DNA of 11,326 nucleotides from Thermoproteaceae archaeon (GTDB lineage Archaea; Thermoproteota; Thermoprotei; Thermoproteales; Thermoproteaceae): NCBI GenBank assembly GCA_020833025.1, contig JAJHRB010000049.1, positions 1 to 11,326 of the forward strand, read 5' to 3'. Shown piece by piece: positions 7,497 to 11,326 of this stretch (position 1 is its first letter; each line of letters starts with the position of its first letter). The notes under the pieces were generated by a model. It saw only the letters and a program-made list of their open reading frames with translations, ran no database searches and was not told where the DNA came from. The position numbers and the translations under genes were made by a program.

Positions 7497-7610
7497 CAGG
7501 AGACTGGTGCCGCGCGGGGTTTATCTCCCTTAGCCGCCTGGCAGCCTGCAGAAGGCCCCTCCCTCTCGCGGGCCCCGCCGCTGGCGCGCCAGTCTACTCT
7601 GCGCGAGCTT
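7497..7610 (-). ncRNA. Structured RNA of unknown class, 5' part of the transcript from the 7634-7647 promoter
   Basis: Nested stems AGACTGG/CCAGTCT, CGCG/CGCG and CGGGG/CCCCG downstream of a tRNA-type promoter. No credible ORF. Confidence 0.4.
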
Positions 7611-7633
7611 GCGTGACCAAATTTGGACACGCA

Positions 7634-7647
7634 CTATTTAAGCTTTG
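7634..7647 (-). promoter_or_regulatory. BRE-TATA promoter (stable-RNA type)
   Basis: CAAAGCTTAAATAG, nearly identical to the tRNA-Ile2 promoter. Confidence 0.7.
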
Positions 7648-7763
7648 CTGGCACCGGCAGGCGCGCGGCGCGCCGAAAAATGGCGTCACGGCGCGACCCA
7701 GCGCCGCGATCGATGAATGTAAAGCGGGGCCTCACGGCGGGCGCCGTGGGCGCGAAAAATGGG

Positions 7764-7779
7764 CGAAATGCTTAAAAGT
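7764..7779 (+). promoter_or_regulatory. BRE-TATA promoter (stable-RNA type)
   Basis: CGAAATGCTTAAAAGT. No sense-strand protein gene follows. Confidence 0.6.
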
Positions 7780-7800
7780 GCCGGGAGGCGCCCCGCGCGG

Positions 7801-7905
7801 GCGGTAGAATCTCAAGAAGGGTTGAAATCGAGCCACGCCCTGAGCCTCGCGCAGAGCCCGGCCCCGCCCGGGGCTCCCATGACCGCCCTGGCGCCGCGGC
7901 TTTTT
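7801..7905 (+). ncRNA. Putative ~100-nt small RNA
   Basis: Bounded by the 7764-7779 promoter and a TTTTT run at 7901-7905. Contains a CTGA box and a GAGCCC/GGGCTC hairpin. Confidence 0.3.
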
Positions 7906-8707
7906 AAGCGGGTCGCGGCGCCTGCCTCACCCTCAGCGCGGCGTACAGCGACAGCGGCGCCCACGCGAGCGTCCCCGCGAGGCCCGCCGGGTTCCAGAGC
8001 CACGGCGGCTCTGGCGGGTAGAGCAGGAAGTAGATGCCAGCGAAGGCGTTGACGCCCCCGTGAAAGGCCGCGGCGCCGACCACGCCGTGCCTGAGGTAGA
8101 CCCAGGTGAAGGTGGGCGAGGCGACGGTGCAGTGCAGCGTGAACAGCGGCACCGACGGCCACCAGAACTTCTGGAAGTAGTTGTGGCCCAGCAGCAGCAC
8201 GGGGGCGTGCCAGAGGCCCCACAGCGCCCCCACTACAAGCGATGCCCCGACCCATCCGAGCCTCCTCGCGAGCCTGGGCGTCAAGTAGCCCCGCCAGCCG
8301 TACTCCTCGCCGAAGGCGAGGAAGGTGTTCGCCGCGAGCGCGACGGGCGCGAGCAGCGGCGCCGCGAGCAAGTTGTACCTCACCACGAACTCGACGAGGG
8401 TGTCGGGCACGCTGTCGGGCGGCACGCCGAGCGCCCTGGCGAGCAGGTGCCTCGCGCCGGCCTCTGGCCCCGCCGGCGCCATGAAGGGCGCCGTCACGGC
8501 CGCCGCGATAGCGACCCACGCGAGCGGGTAGGCGAAGGCGACGAGATCCCTCAGCCTGAGCTCCGGCTCGTAGGCCTCCCCCTGGGCCAGTACGCCGAGG
8601 GCGGGCGCGAACATAACCAGCAATGGCCACGCGCCCGGCACCTGATAGTACATGAGCGGGAAGAGAAGCCACGGCAGGCCGAAGGCCACCAGGAGGAACC
8701 TAATCAC
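7904..8707 (-). CDS. CPBP (CAAX protease/Abi family) intramembrane metalloprotease
   Basis: 267 aa, multi-TM. Motifs FGEEYGWRGYL, LWGLWHAP and FHGGVN. GTG start overlaps the upstream gene's stop. Confidence 0.9.
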   Translation of the reverse strand: MIRFLLVAFGLPWLLFPLMYYQVPGAWPLLVMFAPALGVLAQGEAYEPELRLRDLVAFAYPLAWVAIAAAVTAPFMAPAGPEAGARHLLARALGVPPDSVPDTLVEFVVRYNLLAAPLLAPVALAANTFLAFGEEYGWRGYLTPRLARRLGWVGASLVVGALWGLWHAPVLLLGHNYFQKFWWPSVPLFTLHCTVASPTFTWVYLRHGVVGAAAFHGGVNAFAGIYFLLYPPEPPWLWNPAGLAGTLAWAPLSLYAALRVRQAPRPA

Positions 8708-9224
8708 GGGCCGTCTCCGGCGAGAGCCCCGGCGCTCCCAGCACGTAGGTCCCGTCCGGGCAGCGGGCTATCAAGATCCACTCGGCGCCCCTGACGAAGA
8801 TTCCGTAGCCCTCGGCCTTGACGCCGGGGCCCGATACCATCAGCCAGCCCACCGCGGCTCTCGCGCCGCCATAGCCTATCCTCATCACGTGCGCGCTTGA
8901 CGCGTTCACCCACTCCAGCGCGCAGTCGGAGAGGCCGTACTCCCTGCCGTACGGCGCTCCCCACCAGCCGACGTAGACAGCGAGCCTCCCGCCGCCGACC
9001 GCGAAGCCCATTCTCTCCGGCGCGGTGAGGTATATCAGGAATATCGCCAGGGCGATAGTGCCGGCCACAAGCGCGATTCTGGGAGGGGTCAGCACCTTGC
9101 GCCAGCGGATCCTGAAGATGGCGTAGAGCACCGCGATTATGACTGCCGCGGCCGCCAGCGCCGAGGCCAGGAGCGGCGCGTCAGCCGCCAGGAGCTCCCA
9201 CCTGCTGACCCAGAACTCGTACAT
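8700..9224 (-). CDS. Small membrane protein, two N-terminal TM helices plus a beta-rich soluble domain (PH-like fold possible)
   Basis: 174 aa with two hydrophobic segments, host-like codon pattern, TTTAAAG TATA 26 nt upstream, and translational coupling to the CPBP gene. Confidence 0.7.
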   Translation of the reverse strand: MYEFWVSRWELLAADAPLLASALAAAAVIIAVLYAIFRIRWRKVLTPPRIALVAGTIALAIFLIYLTAPERMGFAVGGGRLAVYVGWWGAPYGREYGLSDCALEWVNASSAHVMRIGYGGARAAVGWLMVSGPGVKAEGYGIFVRGAEWILIARCPDGTYVLGAPGLSPETARD

Positions 9225-9245
9225 GGAGCCCGCGGAGAGCGCTCT

Positions 9246-10184
9246 TTAAATCGCTGAGCAGTCCCCCTTGCCGAGTGCCGCGAGGGCGCCCCAGTACTTA
9301 GTCGCCAGCAGGTGGCACGCGTGGCACATGTGCTTCACCCCCTCCCCCTCGTTGAACTTGCGCACTAGCGCGTGCGGGCCCAGCAGTCTGAGGTACCATA
9401 TGAGCGCGTTCCTGCGTATTCTGTCAACCACGTCCCAGAGGTGCTCCCTCTTGATGTTGCCAACCCTCGTGAACCAGCCGGAGGCGGGGTCCGCTATTAT
9501 GTGGCCGCAGCAGAAGGCAACGTCGCCATTCGGGTGTACGGAAATCTCGGCACCCGCGTAGGCACACCCGCCCACTAGAGGCGCCCTCATGCTCGCCTTA
9601 TCGTACAGCACTGAAGCCCTGGACGTGGGAGAGATAAAGTCCTCTATGATTAGCACGTCGCCGCTCAGATCGCTCAGACGCTCCCTGACGTACTCGCCTG
9701 TGATTCTGGAGCTCAACGTCTTCGTTACAGCGATTGCGACTCTGAGGCCCTCCTCTAGTGCGGCTTTAACAGCGTTGAGCACATTATTCTCTCCCCCGCA
9801 CATACTGAGAAATTCTGCGTGAAAATCGTCGTACGAGACATTCAGCTCCTCGAGGCCTAGCGATGCCCATTTCCTCACGCTCGCCCTGGCCCTCTCTAGC
9901 GTGCCCGCCCACCATGCGTTTGTTATAAGCCTTACAGTAAAGCCGTAGTCGTGCGCTGTCTTTATGGCAAGTTCTAAGTGCTTTGGGAGCAGTGTGGGCT
10001 CTCTGCCCGTTATTGCTATCACTTGAATTGTGGCTATCTCAGAAGCCTCCCGGATAACCTTCTCGATATATTCAGTCGGCAGAACTTCACTGTGATGGGG
10101 GCCCGCGCCTATGCTGCAGTGGCTGCACGAGAAATTGCACTTGTAAGTATAGAGCAGACCCAGGGCTGTGACGTCGAAAAACAT
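9246..10184 (-). CDS. Radical SAM protein, YydG/EpeE-like peptide-modifying enzyme
   Basis: 312 aa. CxxxCxxC (CNFSCSHC), TIQVIAITGREP, LITNAWW, VSYDDFHAEF, and C-terminal GCAY..HPNGDVAFCCG..NALIWYLRLLG..MCHAC. Preceded by GGGGG RBS-like sequence. Confidence 0.88.
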   Translation of the reverse strand: MFFDVTALGLLYTYKCNFSCSHCSIGAGPHHSEVLPTEYIEKVIREASEIATIQVIAITGREPTLLPKHLELAIKTAHDYGFTVRLITNAWWAGTLERARASVRKWASLGLEELNVSYDDFHAEFLSMCGGENNVLNAVKAALEEGLRVAIAVTKTLSSRITGEYVRERLSDLSGDVLIIEDFISPTSRASVLYDKASMRAPLVGGCAYAGAEISVHPNGDVAFCCGHIIADPASGWFTRVGNIKREHLWDVVDRIRRNALIWYLRLLGPHALVRKFNEGEGVKHMCHACHLLATKYWGALAALGKGDCSAI

Positions 10185-10190
10185 AGCCCC

Positions 10191-10433
10191 CTAGTAACAC
10201 ACTACTGCGACATCCACTACTGCTGCTACGGCAGGCGTAACACGCGATACCACTATTGCAGGTACTGCTAAAACGGCTACTGCAAGTAAGAGAATGCATT
10301 CAAGGGGCTCCGCGCCCGGTGAGAGGCGATAAGATGATATTGCGCGGCTGCAGCCGCAAGCCGCGAGCTCCCGCAATTCATTCGTTGCCTCTTCGCGGCT
10401 GAGCAGAAAAATATCTATGTTTTTATTGCTCAT
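10191..10433 (-). CDS. 80-aa peptide with Ala/Val-repeat hydrophobic C-terminus; candidate RiPP precursor
   Basis: Fills the gap exactly: 3 nt after the upstream stop and 6 nt before the radical SAM ATG. Charged N-terminal leader-like half and a hydrophobic AV-repeat half. Confidence 0.65.
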   Translation of the reverse strand: MSNKNIDIFLLSREEATNELRELAACGCSRAISSYRLSPGAEPLECILLLAVAVLAVPAIVVSRVTPAVAAVVDVAVVCY

Positions 10434-10436
10434 TGC

Positions 10437-10934
10437 TCACAGTGTTGTTACAATTTCTTTAATTAACTTTGTGTATCTAAGAACTTTCATCTTACCCTGT
10501 TTCTTGGCCATTTCCATGACCTCATCAAAGATTCCTATATCATCTCTCTTTGTCGTGGTGTAGGTGAGCCACTCCAGATCGGTGGCGTACGCAAATACGC
10601 GCCACTCACTCCTGTCAATAACTATAGAGGGGGCTAAAGCGTCCGCAAAGGATCCGCGCAGCACGTAAAATCTTATGAGACGCTCCTCGCCGCCGCGCGA
10701 GACGATGACGTCACCGCTCAGCAGCTCGTTCGTCTTAAACTCTTTCCTCAGCAGATTGCGCAACTCTACGCACACTCTGTCGCCGCTTTTCGGCACCGGC
10801 GCGTGGCTTTTTGCCAGCGCAAGTATGGGCGCTAGCCCGGCAAACGCCATGCTGCCCAGCAGTACATTGTAGAGGAGCTCGCGCCTTCGCATTACAACTT
10901 CGGTCGCACTCCTTGCGCTCTGCTCAACAGACAT
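10437..10934 (-). CDS. Putative Tat-exported protein of unknown function (true start may be ATG 10892)
   Basis: MRRRELL followed by a hydrophobic stretch and an ALA cleavage-like site. First gene of the operon. Confidence 0.7.
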   Translation of the reverse strand: MSVEQSARSATEVVMRRRELLYNVLLGSMAFAGLAPILALAKSHAPVPKSGDRVCVELRNLLRKEFKTNELLSGDVIVSRGGEERLIRFYVLRGSFADALAPSIVIDRSEWRVFAYATDLEWLTYTTTKRDDIGIFDEVMEMAKKQGKMKVLRYTKLIKEIVTTL

Positions 10935-10952
10935 AATCTTTTTTTCCTGAGG

Positions 10953-10964
10953 ATTTAAGCTTTG
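10953..10964 (-). promoter_or_regulatory. BRE-TATA promoter of the radical SAM operon (possibly bidirectional)
   Basis: CAAAGCTTAAAT on the minus strand, same motif as the stable-RNA promoters. The same bases read TTTAAG on the plus strand. Confidence 0.6.
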
Positions 10965-11326
10965 ATGTCTCAGGCGGGAGCGACAATAACGGGCAGCAAG
11001 CGAGCGGCGCGAGCGAGCTCACGGCCGCTGCACATTAGGACCGTGGAGCTCCTGATCGATTACGGCGTGATAGCAGCAGTGGCAATTGCGCTGTGGCTCG
11101 CAGCGGGGAGTCTGCTGATGCCGCTTCTTGCAGTACTCTTACTCGCAGCCGCCCTCGCAACGGCTCTCCTCCCAGTCTACATGCCCAAGTCGTGCCGCGT
11201 TGAGGGGCGGCGCGTGGTCATGAGAACGCCGGCGAGAGCTATCGAGGCGCTACTACTCGGCGAGCCAGCGCTGGTCAAGAAGGGGAGAATCCCCGCCACG
11301 AAAGCCTATCTCTGCTACGGCCATCA
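10965..11326 (+). CDS. Membrane protein, 3'-truncated by the window edge (start could be GTG 11043)
   Basis: Manually translated open frame MSQAGAT...VELLIDYGVIAAVAIALWLAAGSLLMPLLAVLLLAAALATALLPVYMPKSCRVEGRR... with two TM segments and no stop before 11326. Absent from the ORF track. Confidence 0.65.
   Translation, partial: MSQAGATITGSKRAARASSRPLHIRTVELLIDYGVIAAVAIALWLAAGSLLMPLLAVLLLAAALATALLPVYMPKSCRVEGRRVVMRTPARAIEALLLGEPALVKKGRIPATKAYLCYGH

Noticed and set aside
7393-7610. RNase P RNA (short type T) or SRP RNA identity for the minus-strand transcript
   Set aside because: No GAGGAA-type CR-I or ACAGAA CR-V motif. The GCCAGG...GGGAG resemblance to SRP helix 8 does not form the required hairpin.
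7600-7610. GCTCGCGC at the start of the minus-strand transcript is complementary to the Arg leader (GCGCGAGC)
   Set aside because: Only 8 GC-rich nt and not preceded by any tRNA exon; likely chance.
6783-8052. ORFs 6783-7280, 6955-7197, 7364-7807 and 7759-8052 across the RNA region
   Set aside because: They overlap tRNA sequences and promoters, are Arg/Pro/Gly/Ala-rich, and show no recognisable motif; typical GC-rich shadow ORFs.
7812-8900. Long alternate-frame ORFs (7812-8672, 8060-8794 and others) over the CPBP gene
   Set aside because: Low-complexity Arg/Gly/Ala translations; the 7904-8707 frame holds the protease motifs.
9978-10271. Plus-strand Cys/Tyr-rich ORF (...YCDIHYCCYGRRNTRYHYCRYC) resembling a Cys-rich RiPP precursor
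   Set aside because: It is the antisense shadow of the GCA/GTA (Ala/Val) repeats, which read TGC/TAC, and it overlaps the radical SAM gene on the other strand.
1-11326. CRISPR array, transposase or rRNA
   Set aside because: No regularly spaced repeats, IS-type ORFs or rRNA signature sequences seen.

Overview
GC-rich archaeal window, probably Thermoproteaceae (the LeuRS is Pyrobaculum-like). It has four parts. (1) Housekeeping block: 3' end of aIF2-beta, leuS, and a convergent reverse gyrase. (2) A ~1 kb protein-free stable-RNA region (6870-7905) with four near-identical GCTTAAA promoters. Two of them drive back-to-back 3' halves only of tRNA-Ile2(CAU) and tRNA-Arg(UCU). Both halves begin at tRNA position 31 behind a GC-rich leader that fits a trans bulge-helix-bulge (BHB) junction at 30/31, and each also carries a non-canonical cis intron (56/57 and 45/46). 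They are candidate new split, trans-spliced tRNAs whose 5' halves are not in the window. The other two promoters drive a structured RNA plus a multi-guide box C/D-like RNA, and a short unassigned RNA. (3) A CPBP/CAAX protease and a small membrane protein. (4) An AT-richer three-gene operon: Tat-signal protein, Ala/Val-repeat 80-aa peptide, and a YydG/EpeE-like radical SAM enzyme, a candidate archaeal D-amino-acid RiPP cluster. A divergent membrane-protein gene runs off the right edge. All homology calls come from motif recognition by eye; no searches were run.
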